Virus record (IMG/VR): IMGVR_UViG_2974666105_000001
Coordinates: 1 to 64,000 of that record
Direction: 5' to 3' (one strand)
Origin: a virus
Lineage: Duplodnaviria; Caudoviricetes
DNA: 64,000 bases
In this document: positions 18,301 to 26,824 of the stretch, piece by piece
How positions within the stretch are numbered: the first letter of the stretch is position 1
Layout: each line of letters starts with the position of its first letter
Program-made: the position numbers and the translations under genes
The notes under the pieces: generated by a model
What the model was told of the DNA's origin: nothing
Database searches by the model: none
The model's input: only the letters and a program-made list of their open reading frames with translations

Positions 18301-20961
18301 TTGTAACCATGGGACACGTTTTAGTAAACCGCCACCGACTCTAGCAACTTTTCCAATTTTAGAACCAGTAGTACCAATTCTACCAACGCGACTGCTAATT
18401 CTCTCAGCATCTTCTGTTGTAACCCCGCCTTTCGCCATTCGGCGTAATACTGAACCTTTCGATCCAGCCTTTTTAGCGGCTCGATACTCAGAGCGAGTTG
18501 TCGTAATTTCTTCTTTGGCGGCCTTTCCAGCCTTTCCAGCCTTACCGCCAGCTCCACCACCGATTCCCCCAGCAACCTCAGATGCTTCTGCTCCAGCAGC
18601 TTCACCGGCAGATGCCCATGCGTCTGCAAGAAGCTTAACGGCTGCTGTTTGTTCGTCGATCTTAGCCACAGCAATCTTACTTGCACTCGACGTATCAATT
18701 TTATTCGTACTGAATAATTTAGATACGACTGATGCAATTGTACCAGAGTTGCGAATAAAGGCTGCAACAGCACCAGAAACCAATCCAATTGCTGGCACAA
18801 GTAGTGCAACAGAAGCAATGGCCTTTTTAGCGCTTGGATTAAGCTTATCAAACTTATCCATGATGATCGTTAGCGCCTTAGCACCTTTAGTGATATATGG
18901 TAAAATTACTTTACCAAACTCAATCTCTAATGCTTGCAAAGTCGTCTGGAAAATCTTAAGCTGGTTCTGAGACGTCTTTAAGTTCTTTTGAGCCAAGTTG
19001 CCAATATAGTCATTCTTAGCTGATCTCTCAACTTGACCATTTAATTTATCCAATGCTTTATAATTGTCTGTTAAGATACCACCGGCCTGTTGCCCAGTAG
19101 TACCAAAAATAGCATGAAAAACATCAGTACGATCATGTCCAGAAAGATTCTTCATGTGACTGTTTAAAATGCCAAAAATAGCGGACATTGACTTCATTTT
19201 TCCATTTTTATCAGTAAAACTTTTTGTGTTAAGCCCTAAACTCTTTAAGGCGGCTGCTCCGTTTTTAGATGGAGATACTAACGAGTTAATTGTTTTTCTT
19301 AGCCCAGTACCAGCTTTGTCAGATTCAAGACCGTTGTTCGATAAAATACCCATAGCACTAGCTGTTTCAGATATACTAAATCCAGCTTGATGAGCCGTGT
19401 TACCAACATATTCCATACCTTTTCCTAGGCTTTGGAAGTCAGTAGCAGTCATATCAGCGGCATAAGCCATTTCGTTAACAACCGTTGAGGTATTTTTTGC
19501 CATTTGAGCTGTTGACTTAGCTCTTAAACCAAATGACTCCAGTGTCTGTGTTGAAACAGCGGTAACATCATTGAAATCATCACCAGAAGCAATCGCACCT
19601 TTAACAAGAGTTTTCATAGCCCCAATCGCTTGGCTAGAACTATAACCACGCTTGATTAAATCTTGATACCCATCAGCAACTTGTTTTTGTGTCAACCCGT
19701 ATTGCTTAGAGTATGACTTTGTATTCTTTTCCATTAGCGCCATGTTGGCGTTAATTTCTTTAGTCCCCTCAGTGTTTGAGCTGACGATTAAGTTTTTGGT
19801 TTTATTAAAAGATGTTTGTAATTCAACAGCAAGCGATGTACCATGCTTAGCGACTGCTGCCATACCCATTGTTGCATATCCTGCTCCGCGAGAAACTGAT
19901 CCCAAAGCAGTAGCAACACCAGAATACTTTTTCTGCATTCCACCAATCTTATCACTAAACGAGTTAATAGTATTGCCAGATAACCCTACGTGCTTGTTGA
20001 GTGACTTGATCTTGGCGTCAGTTTCACCGATTTTAGCACCAAGTTCGTTTACTTTCTTAGCCTGTGCTGAGTAAGCAGCAGAAGTTTCACCAGAACGAGA
20101 TTTTACCAATGACAATTCTGACATTTCTGTCTTGTATTGATTTAATAAACCCTTTTTAGATCCAACTAAAGACCTTAATTCTACCGACATTGCGGTATAA
20201 TTCTTGCCTTCTGACCTTAAACGGTTAGCTAATGATTCTGATATTTCACTGGTTGATTTTGAATACTGTTGCATTTGATGCAAACCAGTAGCATATTTTC
20301 TCTGAGCTTCTTGGGCCTTTAAATAAGACTCTCTGGCTTTTGAGACAATTGCTGATTGCTTGTTAATATCAACGCCGGAAGCACTAGAGCTTGATTTTAA
20401 TAGCTTGTAAGCTTTTTCTTCACGACCAAGTTCGTCTTTTAGATTACGAGTCTTGGCGGCGAGCAGCTCCTTGTGTTTGGCGTTGGCGTCAGTCTCTTTA
20501 CCCTCAGCAATAAGTGCTTTTTCACTAGCTTCTAATGAGTTAGTGTATGCTTGGTGAGATTTCTTAGCACGGTCAATCCCAGTTGAATATCTAATTTCGG
20601 CAGATCTAGCAGAATCTAGCTCACTTTTGCGACGGTTTAAAGCCGCATTACTCTTAGTGAGTTCGTTAGTCCAACGCATAACTGCCAACTTTTCTTTGTC
20701 GGTTGTTGCATTGGCATTCTTCAAAGCATCTGCTAATCTCTTGTTATAATCAGTTTGTAACTCAATTTCTTTGTTCAGTCCAGTGATTTTGGCGTCCAGT
20801 GCAGCAGCACTATCGCCGGCAGCTTGCATCGCTGAGGAGCTTGAACGCCATTCTTGGCCTGTGGAGCGAATGGCCCCTTTTAATGTACGCAAACTCGATT
20901 GAGCCTTTGTATCATTGATATTAACGTTATATGTTAAACTACCATAGGCGGCTTGCTTCAT
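15301..20961 (-). CDS. Tape measure protein with C-terminal phage-tail lysozyme domain
   Basis: 1886 aa; TP901-type core, amphipathic W/F repeats, GILGNWIQESNLNP...GLGQWT lysozyme-2 motif. Confidence 0.95.
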   Translation of the reverse strand: MKQAAYGSLTYNVNINDTKAQSSLRTLKGAIRSTGQEWRSSSSAMQAAGDSAAALDAKITGLNKEIELQTDYNKRLADALKNANATTDKEKLAVMRWTNELTKSNAALNRRKSELDSARSAEIRYSTGIDRAKKSHQAYTNSLEASEKALIAEGKETDANAKHKELLAAKTRNLKDELGREEKAYKLLKSSSSASGVDINKQSAIVSKARESYLKAQEAQRKYATGLHQMQQYSKSTSEISESLANRLRSEGKNYTAMSVELRSLVGSKKGLLNQYKTEMSELSLVKSRSGETSAAYSAQAKKVNELGAKIGETDAKIKSLNKHVGLSGNTINSFSDKIGGMQKKYSGVATALGSVSRGAGYATMGMAAVAKHGTSLAVELQTSFNKTKNLIVSSNTEGTKEINANMALMEKNTKSYSKQYGLTQKQVADGYQDLIKRGYSSSQAIGAMKTLVKGAIASGDDFNDVTAVSTQTLESFGLRAKSTAQMAKNTSTVVNEMAYAADMTATDFQSLGKGMEYVGNTAHQAGFSISETASAMGILSNNGLESDKAGTGLRKTINSLVSPSKNGAAALKSLGLNTKSFTDKNGKMKSMSAIFGILNSHMKNLSGHDRTDVFHAIFGTTGQQAGGILTDNYKALDKLNGQVERSAKNDYIGNLAQKNLKTSQNQLKIFQTTLQALEIEFGKVILPYITKGAKALTIIMDKFDKLNPSAKKAIASVALLVPAIGLVSGAVAAFIRNSGTIASVVSKLFSTNKIDTSSASKIAVAKIDEQTAAVKLLADAWASAGEAAGAEASEVAGGIGGGAGGKAGKAGKAAKEEITTTRSEYRAAKKAGSKGSVLRRMAKGGVTTEDAERISSRVGRIGTTGSKIGKVARVGGGLLKRVPWLQTGLAAMNLIGINKKNAGSKVGKTAGQLGGTLAGGAIGGGIGGVAGGAIGTLFGPAGTVVGAKLGSMGGSLAGSWLGGSKGQDWGGKLGKKIQKSMKNFKMPKMSTIKKSIGNWFGGIGKWIGKLKMPHINFGKMFKGFKLPNIGKMFKNFKFPKISGIGKWFSGLFKGIKMPSLSSLGKSISSSFGKMFSGLGKTGIGKSVGKMLSGIEKTIWKWVKGIGRFFAPAVKAIQKPFQKIGKWFKTSPVGKSIVTIGKDIAGVVKGIGKFIAALGAIAGKLAAIGLAKLFKGIGKAVRNMGKFFTDVGKKIKRWASDVRKTIDKMVRPIQKTMGKIGKGISKGWNGALKIVTKFVKNIYHTATRWIGKLLSPLAKAWHSISKTASKWWKSISGTVGKWAHNIWKGVTKWVKKILSPVAKAWQSVSKTASRWWKSISGTIGKWVHNIYNSVVKWFRKILSPVAKLWKSVSSTIGGWVGKIWKKIKTFGNNMSSFFKKLPGRIASALRGAWHGIWNSMAGIVNNGLIHPVVNGWNAVADAINGVEKKIGVGKSFRLGKASYSSSKISTYAKGTAGGPALVNDAKSKYWREAYKLPDGRMGMFPNKRNIIVNLPKGTEIAKGEDARMVQPYLERGQGIPAFAGATGWLDGIGSAIGGAVHGVGNWFSGVETKASKLIDNLGKMIKSPGKYLSAMIASPLNALAKGGGLAGKAIGMTGDIVVHTLTSWFKKMLKAGQDEQLVGNVKLSGSVASRARALAKAFKQGYPASQNGGIAGILGNWIQESNLNPSAVNSSDHGTGLGQWTFTRETGLRSWLRRHGYAWNSAAGQIGYALNEPGANGMLKAVLRMTSPTAAAQKFFATWESGGAMDSTGGTRLANASAAYRYIKGMEHGGLIDKAQTINIAEKNKPEMVVSLTDKDAAIRQLKQSINYLESGSIANSSNNSNNIDNSTLSQLVTLQQQTNALLQALLGSANTPNLAVITDQSIYDSVKRQQKPKDVYNHLIN

Positions 20962-21033
20962 TTAATAAATCCTCCTCACATACGAAAACAAGCCCACCAA
21001 AGTAGACTTGACAAATAAACTAATCAAACGTTT

Positions 21034-21277
21034 CTAATGATCACGACTATCAAGCTCAGCTTTATGGTCTTCCATCCAATAACCCAAAGGCTCGATGGTG
21101 TCATCATCATCACCACTAACTTGACTACCATCTTCTTCAACTGTTAAAGTCTCGATAAGATCAAAATAGTTAGTTTCTTCTAGGTTATTAAAAGTATCAT
21201 TATGTTGCTGGATAAGATCTCTTTCGAGACGATTGATGTTATCTAGCGTCTCCTGAAACGTCTGCGGTGTCGCTGGG
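21034..21277 (-). CDS. Tail assembly chaperone extension (gpGT-like), +1 frame
   Basis: Overlaps the end of the upstream chaperone in the +1 frame, with no RBS-supported start of its own; candidate shift site CCC-AGC at 21277-21272. Confidence 0.7.
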
Positions 21278-21628
21278 CGTATCAGAATCGTCTTCACCAT
21301 CCTCATCATCAATGTGCATGATCTTTTGAATGATTTGTCCAAATAATTCATCAGTTTCGTCTGGTTCAATGTCTTCCAGCTTATCTGCTTGTGGTTCTGT
21401 TAGCTTTAAAATATCAGCAATAAATTCGATTGTTGCATCGGTTGCTTCTAACTTTCCACTTAGAAATGCGTCATAAGCTTCTTCATTAGACATGTTCTCA
21501 GCATCAATCTTACTTAATTTTTCAAGCTTGATTTGAACCTTTAACGTTTTCTTCAAGTTTTTATTTGTTTCGTTAACTTCGATAGGCTTTTTAATTCCTA
21601 ATACCTTAGCATCAATTTTGACAGTCAT
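21239..21628 (-). CDS. Tail assembly chaperone (gpG-like)
   Basis: GAGGAG RBS, start MTVKIDAK; lies between MTP and TMP; acidic. Confidence 0.85.
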   Translation of the reverse strand: MTVKIDAKVLGIKKPIEVNETNKNLKKTLKVQIKLEKLSKIDAENMSNEEAYDAFLSGKLEATDATIEFIADILKLTEPQADKLEDIEPDETDELFGQIIQKIMHIDDEDGEDDSDTPSDTADVSGDAR

Positions 21629-21685
21629 ATAAATCTCCTCGTCTTTCATATTAAATTATGTATACCACCAAAAAGGTGGTAGTTG

Positions 21686-21757
21686 CTATTCAGCAACGAT
21701 GGTTGCGCCATCATAACTTGGAGTTATCGACACCACTTTAGGCGCCGGCGTCACTGG
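21686..21757 (-). CDS. +1-frame C-terminal extension of the major tail protein (PVTPAPKVVSITPSYDGATIVAE*)
   Basis: Open +1 frame from ACC-CCC-AGT; 13/23 identical to the capsid +1 extension; ends just before the intergenic hairpin. Confidence 0.8.
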   Translation of the reverse strand, partial: PVTPAPKVVSITPSYDGATIVAE

Positions 21758-22349
21758 GGGTGTACCCTGGGAAGATAAACTTCATCCAATCATCAAGCTT
21801 AAATTCAGTGTTAGCTTCGTCACCCTTAGCATATGCAACCTTATCGGAAGAACGGTTAACGGCCGTAAATGTTAACGAATCAGCAGCCAACTGTTCCGTG
21901 TCGGTATTAGTTTGCATGTTATGTTCTTCAAGACCAAAGGTCCCTTTAACTAACGCCAAGTGAAGAATGTTGTTTAGACGCCCGTGGGTAACAAATTCAA
22001 GTGCTGAATATGGCGCCCTAGTGTCAGAAGTAACGACTGAGAAACCTTTAGAATTATCAACACCAGTAATAGCGTCGATGACATCTTCTGGAATGTCGTT
22101 TGCTCCAACGGTCGCGGTGATTGAACCAGTACCCTTGCCAGATGTTTCAACCACCATATCAGACCCATAAATCTTAGTCATAGTTGGTGCTAAACCTGTG
22201 ATGTTACCGACCGTCATACCTTGCGCAGTTGATGCGTTTAGGTTGAAGACGCCGGTAGTACCAATAGCCTTATTCGTTAAATCAATTTTTTCGGTATCTT
22301 GTGTAAAAATAGCGACTTTGGCACTATCAATACCTTTGGTTTTTGCCAT
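21738..22349 (-). CDS. Major tail protein
   Basis: KGIDSAKVA...GLAPT...YGSD...GTGSITATVGANDIP phi13-like MTP pattern; position. Confidence 0.92.
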   Translation of the reverse strand: MAKTKGIDSAKVAIFTQDTEKIDLTNKAIGTTGVFNLNASTAQGMTVGNITGLAPTMTKIYGSDMVVETSGKGTGSITATVGANDIPEDVIDAITGVDNSKGFSVVTSDTRAPYSALEFVTHGRLNNILHLALVKGTFGLEEHNMQTNTDTEQLAADSLTFTAVNRSSDKVAYAKGDEANTEFKLDDWMKFIFPGYTPSDAGA

Positions 22350-22366
22350 TAGTAATTACCTCTTTC

Positions 22367-22744
22367 TTAATAAATTGTCTTTTTGAAATGGTAAGTGCTA
22401 TATAATTGAGACGTGCTAGGGTCTCTATCAATACCGCCACCAATTGTTTGAAACCAACCATTCTTTCTTAACAAGTTCCTGATCGGTCTTTCGTATAACG
22501 CTGTTAAATCTCCATCCGCTTTAACTGGATAAAAGAATTGAACTTGAACTGTCCCGTCATCAGAAATAATATCGTCGCTTCCAAAACCACTAGGAATACG
22601 AGCAATGTCGTTTACTAAAATGACAATTTTATTCAGCTTTTGTGACTGAATGCTGTGTGGCAGTCCATATGAGAATACATACTTTGGATCAATTCCGTCA
22701 ACTCCAGAGTTGCGGATGATCTCTTTTACATCATTTGAAATCAT
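22367..22744 (-). CDS. Tail terminator / completion protein (DUF806-like)
   Basis: VQVQFFY...DRDPST motifs; upstream of the MTP. Confidence 0.75.
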   Translation of the reverse strand: MISNDVKEIIRNSGVDGIDPKYVFSYGLPHSIQSQKLNKIVILVNDIARIPSGFGSDDIISDDGTVQVQFFYPVKADGDLTALYERPIRNLLRKNGWFQTIGGGIDRDPSTSQLYSTYHFKKTIY

Positions 22745-23199
22745 TATAGCAACCCCTTTGCATTAAGAATCGCTTTAGCAGTTTGTGTCTGAGCAGTAAA
22801 GATTTGATCATATGGCATCGTCTTTGTTGCATTCTCAAACCAAAACTGTGCTGGTTGCCTATACGTTCCCCAGTCAGTCCAGACCGCGATTGGGTAAGCT
22901 TTTCTTTCAAATCCAACCTCTGTTGCACCGTCGATGAACTGATTAGGCTTATGAGTAATATGATCACGCAAGTGCCCAATTGATTCTCCATATAATTGTT
23001 TATCTTTGGCATCTTCAAATTCATCATATGGTGTGTTATCATAGAGATGTTTCTCAATGATGGGCACGGCGGATTCAACGATTGCGGAGCGCTCTTTTCT
23101 TGAAAGTTTGAAATTATCAAGCTTTTTCAATAACTCGTCTTCACCAGTAACCTCAATTGATCCGAGACCATTAGTTACCAACGTTTTATTAACTGCCAA
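22744..23199 (-). CDS. HK97 gp10-like neck / tail-completion protein
   Basis: GHLRD...GATEVGF...WGT..QPAQFWFE pattern; probable TTG start at 23199, 9 nt after GGAG. Confidence 0.75.
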   Translation of the reverse strand: MAVNKTLVTNGLGSIEVTGEDELLKKLDNFKLSRKERSAIVESAVPIIEKHLYDNTPYDEFEDAKDKQLYGESIGHLRDHITHKPNQFIDGATEVGFERKAYPIAVWTDWGTYRQPAQFWFENATKTMPYDQIFTAQTQTAKAILNAKGLL

Positions 23200-23611
23200 C
23201 GTCATCATCTCCATATCCGCCAGTGGATGCTTGATTGCCACCGTTCTTAACAACTGATTTCAATGACAATAAATCATAAGTGACGATAGCGGTAGTATCG
23301 GGAACTTTGTAGGTGATAATATAAAACTTGCCTCGATACTTAGCCCGATAACTATCATAGTCAAAATTAGGACGGTGTTTAACGGCAATGACCATCGTGT
23401 CTTCCATATCCATACCGTTAACACCAACAATGTTTCTGTCTGATACTCGATACGGAGCGCAATGGAATGTGTATTTAATTTTAAAGTTGCTATCATCTAA
23501 TGTGTCGGCACCATTATCAATAATGTTACCGTTGGACAGCTCTGTGTATTCATCTGCTACTCCTAGATAAACCTTTTCTTTGTATCGCCACAGGTCAACT
23601 TTATTAGCCAT
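23189..23611 (-). CDS. Head-tail adaptor / head-closure protein
   Basis: Position and SPP1 gp16-like pattern (IAVKHR...AKYRGKFYII). Confidence 0.7.
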   Translation of the reverse strand: MANKVDLWRYKEKVYLGVADEYTELSNGNIIDNGADTLDDSNFKIKYTFHCAPYRVSDRNIVGVNGMDMEDTMVIAVKHRPNFDYDSYRAKYRGKFYIITYKVPDTTAIVTYDLLSLKSVVKNGGNQASTGGYGDDDVGS

Positions 23612-23623
23612 TTATGCACCTTC

Positions 23624-23917
23624 TTAAATTGAGAAATTGCGTCCATAGTTGATAACCGTGTCAAGCGACGCAACATTTTGAGTCCCACTTGTAACAGGAG
23701 ATCCATCTCTACGTAAGTATGATGCAGTTGCGACCTCTAAAACGGCTGTGTCAATCATGCTTTGATAGTCTTCTTGTCTCTTGTTAAGAAACTGGTTGTC
23801 TTTTCCTTGAACATATAAATCAACATAGTTCTTAGCGTTATCTAAATAAATCTTAACGTCTTCATCGTCATCTGCATTAATGTGATTTTTAAAATCATCG
23901 AGAGAAACTGACATCAT
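23624..23917 (-). CDS. Head-tail connector (gp6/gp15-like)
   Basis: SLDDFKNHI..DDDEDVKIYLDNAK pattern. Confidence 0.85.
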   Translation of the reverse strand: MMSVSLDDFKNHINADDDEDVKIYLDNAKNYVDLYVQGKDNQFLNKRQEDYQSMIDTAVLEVATASYLRRDGSPVTSGTQNVASLDTVINYGRNFSI

Positions 23918-23951
23918 TGCACCTCCTATGTACCCGTTAAGGGTTTACCCC

Positions 23952-24401
23952 TTAAGCGGTTGGCGTTGCTTTAACTGCTTCCGACTTAGCTGATTCCCCA
24001 GCGCCGTTCTTAACCGTTGCCTGGACAGTATATTCAGTACCAGCAGTCAGTCCAGTAATTGACCCAGTTAATGAAGTCTTTAAATCTACCGTTCCATTAT
24101 TGGTGCCGTCAGTCCAATAAACAACTCGGTCGGTGATTGCACTGCCTGTATTTTCACCATCAACTAAAGTAACATCAATTTTGCCAGAACCAGCGGTGAG
24201 CGTTGCGGTTGGTGCTGATGGTACTTTATCTAAAGTTGTAAAATCTGAAATTGTTGTCTTCTCAGATGCACCGGCATATGCAATTTGATATCCAGAAACC
24301 TTTGTGTTCGGCTTTAACCCAGTAATTGTAACTGGAGATGGCTGATTGTCAATTTTCTTTGCGCCAGCATTATCGTAAACATCAAAATTTGCCAAAAACA
24401 T
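23952..24401 (-). CDS. Fibronectin type III protein (putative virion decoration): N-terminally truncated FN3 + complete FN3
   Basis: ITGLKPNT and ITGLTAGTEYTVQA...GES FN3 motifs; the first domain begins at a strand-C-like segment. Confidence 0.8.
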   Translation of the reverse strand: MFLANFDVYDNAGAKKIDNQPSPVTITGLKPNTKVSGYQIAYAGASEKTTISDFTTLDKVPSAPTATLTAGSGKIDVTLVDGENTGSAITDRVVYWTDGTNNGTVDLKTSLTGSITGLTAGTEYTVQATVKNGAGESAKSEAVKATPTA

Positions 24402-24456
24402 AACCTCCTATCGTGAAACCATATGTATGCCCCCACAATGGGGGTAATCGGATTTA

Positions 24457-24529
24457 CTACTTGGCAACAACCGTTGCACCATCGGCGGTCGGTGTTACAC
24501 TAGTCACCGTCGGTGCCGGATTAATTACT
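24457..24529 (-). CDS. +1-frame C-terminal extension of the major capsid protein (VINPAPTVTSVTPTADGATVVAK*)
   Basis: Open +1 frame across the capsid stop, ending in tandem TAG TAA just before the intergenic hairpin; homologous to the MTP extension. Shift site uncertain. Confidence 0.72.
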
Positions 24530-25801
24530 CGCAGGCTTAGCTACAACGAATGCTGATGGATTAGTAACAGTACCGTCCATATATCCGTTAAGAACAACCA
24601 AGTGACCACCAGTCATAGCTTGCGTAGTATCTGAAACTACGTGAGTTAACTGTAAGCCTTGCTTAGTCATAATCGTATAACCAGCGTTAAAGTTACCAAG
24701 GATAATTTGACCATTCTTGTTACCGTTCAAGACGTCTGAAACGAACACTGGGATTCCTTGGAAGGAATAACCAGGGCGTACACCAACTGCACCGGCGATA
24801 GCCGTTTGCATTTGTGGCTTAAAGATCAAATGTTCGTTGTCGTCATCTTTCAACTTAGAAACAGCATTGAAGGCATCACGAGACATAACAAAGATCGCTT
24901 GGTCTAAATATGCAGGGTTAATTGACATAGTAAAGTCAAGCATTTCATCCAAGGTTGGGGTTGCACCGGCTAAAGTAACGACCTTAACGTCATCAGCACC
25001 GATAACTGGTTTGAACGTCTTGTTAGCGTCTTCGCCAGTCTTAGCACCAACTAATACCGCGCGTTCAATAGCTTTACCTAATGAACGACCCAAACGGCCA
25101 ATAGCATAATCGACAACGTCCGGTGCACTATCGTTAATCATCATTTCTGATAATTGCAATGCGGCACCGACACGCTTTTGAGTCAAGGTAACGTACTTCA
25201 AAGTTGGGGTTTGTGCCTTAACAGCTTCGAGTTCACCAACGAAACCATCGTCAGAAGTATCGTTTTCACGAACGACTTCCAAGTTACCATTCATAGAACC
25301 AACCTTGTTTGACAAAGCAAACACTGGTGAAGTTTCTTGTAACTTCTGGATAATTGTTTGTGAGACGCTCGTTGGAATTAAAACACCACCGTTTGATGAA
25401 GTACCATTAACGGCATTACCCCATGACAAACCATTGTCAGGAAGATCACGAGATTCTTGTGGCAAGTCTTTTTGTTCCTTGACAGCTTCCACGTACTTCT
25501 TGGCTGCTTCACTCCCACGTAACTTACCACGGATCATATCAGCAGTGGCACGCTTTTCGAGAGCTTTAAATTGCTTCTTTTCCATTTCCACACTCCGTTC
25601 ATTGTTTGCTGGAACTGCGTTACGACGTTCTTCGTCCAGTTCAGCAATATCATCGTTAATTTTTGAAATATCGTCTTTAATTGAACGCATTTCCTTAATT
25701 TGATCATCAGTGATCGTCTTATTATCAATGGCGTCTTTAAAACCGCCCAGTTTTTCCTTTAAAGCAGTCCGCTTTTCTAAAAGACCTTTCTTAGTCTTCA
25801 T
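24521..25801 (-). CDS. Major capsid protein (HK97 fold, with delta domain)
   Basis: GGAGG 8 nt before the ATG at 25801 (MKTKKGLL); coiled-coil delta domain, GGVLIP and FVGEL motifs. Confidence 0.93.
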   Translation of the reverse strand: MKTKKGLLEKRTALKEKLGGFKDAIDNKTITDDQIKEMRSIKDDISKINDDIAELDEERRNAVPANNERSVEMEKKQFKALEKRATADMIRGKLRGSEAAKKYVEAVKEQKDLPQESRDLPDNGLSWGNAVNGTSSNGGVLIPTSVSQTIIQKLQETSPVFALSNKVGSMNGNLEVVRENDTSDDGFVGELEAVKAQTPTLKYVTLTQKRVGAALQLSEMMINDSAPDVVDYAIGRLGRSLGKAIERAVLVGAKTGEDANKTFKPVIGADDVKVVTLAGATPTLDEMLDFTMSINPAYLDQAIFVMSRDAFNAVSKLKDDDNEHLIFKPQMQTAIAGAVGVRPGYSFQGIPVFVSDVLNGNKNGQIILGNFNAGYTIMTKQGLQLTHVVSDTTQAMTGGHLVVLNGYMDGTVTNPSAFVVAKPASN

Positions 25802-26824
25802 CTGCCATGCCTCCAATTTCTTCATAGAGCTTAGATGCTTCAAGACTCCGTTTTCTTGCTTCTTTTTTTCGTCGTCTTTCTTGCTTGGTTTCTTACCAGC
25901 CGGAACTTGAACTCCGTCTTTTGGCTTATCATCGTCCGTTTGAGTGTCTTCGGGTGCGTCGCCAGAATCGTCTGGTTCTGGAACGTCCGAGTCATCGTCA
26001 CGGGCGGATAATACTCCTTGAATACCAGTAAGAATGCTTTGCGTTAAAGTAGCTGCGAAGTCGTCAAGGTCGATAGTTTGCTTTGTGTCAGTAACTGCAT
26101 CCTTACCATCTGGTTGATCGTCACGCTTTGCTGGCTTTACCACAACTTCATTTGCTGGTAATTTACCGGCACGACGTTCGAGTTCTTCACAAAGATCTCT
26201 TGTTTCTACACTGTCAAGCTTCAAGTCATTACCCTCCTTTTTAATATTCACAATTTCTGAAACGCTCTTGATACCTCTTTTTTCAAGGTCTCGTAGCGTC
26301 TTTAATCCACGTGCTTCAATGCTAGAACTTAAATATGCTGGGAATCTAACAGCGGAAACTTCCTTTAGGAACAGTTCATTGACTGTTCTAAGAGGAACAC
26401 CATCATCAAAGTCTCCGCCATCCATGTCCCAACTGTCATCTAGGACGATAAACCCAAAACTCATACTAGTGATAACACCAGTCTTAATTAACTCATAGGT
26501 ATCTCGTCCGTCATTTGTATCTAGGATTTGAGCTTCCATATAAAGCCCTTGGTCGTCTACTCTTAAGACGAGCGATCCATTTGCGGTAGTAGCCAGAAGC
26601 TTGTCCGAGTCATGTTCAGCATAAAAGTCGATTACGTCTCCATCTGAGATTGCAGACTCGAAAGCCGTTGGAGAGATCGTCTCTCGGAACGGGCTACCAT
26701 CAGCCGACATAACTTGACTGTAAGATCCAGCTCGGTTAACATAACCAGAAACTTTAAGATTATCATCATCAAAAGATAAATCTCTAGTTTCAAAGCTAAG
26801 AGTTCTTAATTCTGTCTTTTTAAT
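24521..26824 (-). CDS. Prohead protease (HK97/S78 family), in frame with the capsid gene as sequenced; -1 frame ends at 25791
   Basis: VSGYVN..FRETISPTAF..H..L..T.NGSL.L..D..GL..SFGF..EVSAV..PAY motifs; probable ATT start at 26824 behind AGGAGG. Confidence 0.85.
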   Translation of the reverse strand: MKKTELRTLSFETRDLSFDDDNLKVSGYVNRAGSYSQVMSADGSPFRETISPTAFESAISDGDVIDFYAEHDSDKLLATTANGSLVLRVDDQGLYMEAQILDTNDGRDTYELIKTGVITSMSFGFIVLDDSWDMDGGDFDDGVPLRTVNELFLKEVSAVRFPAYLSSSIEARGLKTLRDLEKRGIKSVSEIVNIKKEGNDLKLDSVETRDLCEELERRAGKLPANEVVVKPAKRDDQPDGKDAVTDTKQTIDLDDFAATLTQSILTGIQGVLSARDDDSDVPEPDDSGDAPEDTQTDDDKPKDGVQVPAGKKPSKKDDEKKKQENGVLKHLSSMKKLEAWQMKTKKGLLEKRTALKEKLGGFKDAIDNKTITDDQIKEMRSIKDDISKINDDIAELDEERRNAVPANNERSVEMEKKQFKALEKRATADMIRGKLRGSEAAKKYVEAVKEQKDLPQESRDLPDNGLSWGNAVNGTSSNGGVLIPTSVSQTIIQKLQETSPVFALSNKVGSMNGNLEVVRENDTSDDGFVGELEAVKAQTPTLKYVTLTQKRVGAALQLSEMMINDSAPDVVDYAIGRLGRSLGKAIERAVLVGAKTGEDANKTFKPVIGADDVKVVTLAGATPTLDEMLDFTMSINPAYLDQAIFVMSRDAFNAVSKLKDDDNEHLIFKPQMQTAIAGAVGVRPGYSFQGIPVFVSDVLNGNKNGQIILGNFNAGYTIMTKQGLQLTHVVSDTTQAMTGGHLVVLNGYMDGTVTNPSAFVVAKPASN

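Noticed and set aside
16085-20074. Long antisense ORFs within the tape measure gene (and similar shadow ORFs elsewhere)
   Set aside because: Expected from codon bias opposite a long gene; no RBS or recognisable domains.
24500-24523. Stop-codon readthrough of the capsid gene (SGTDGD*)
   Set aside because: Adds only 6 aa with no homology, whereas the +1 frame matches the tail extension.
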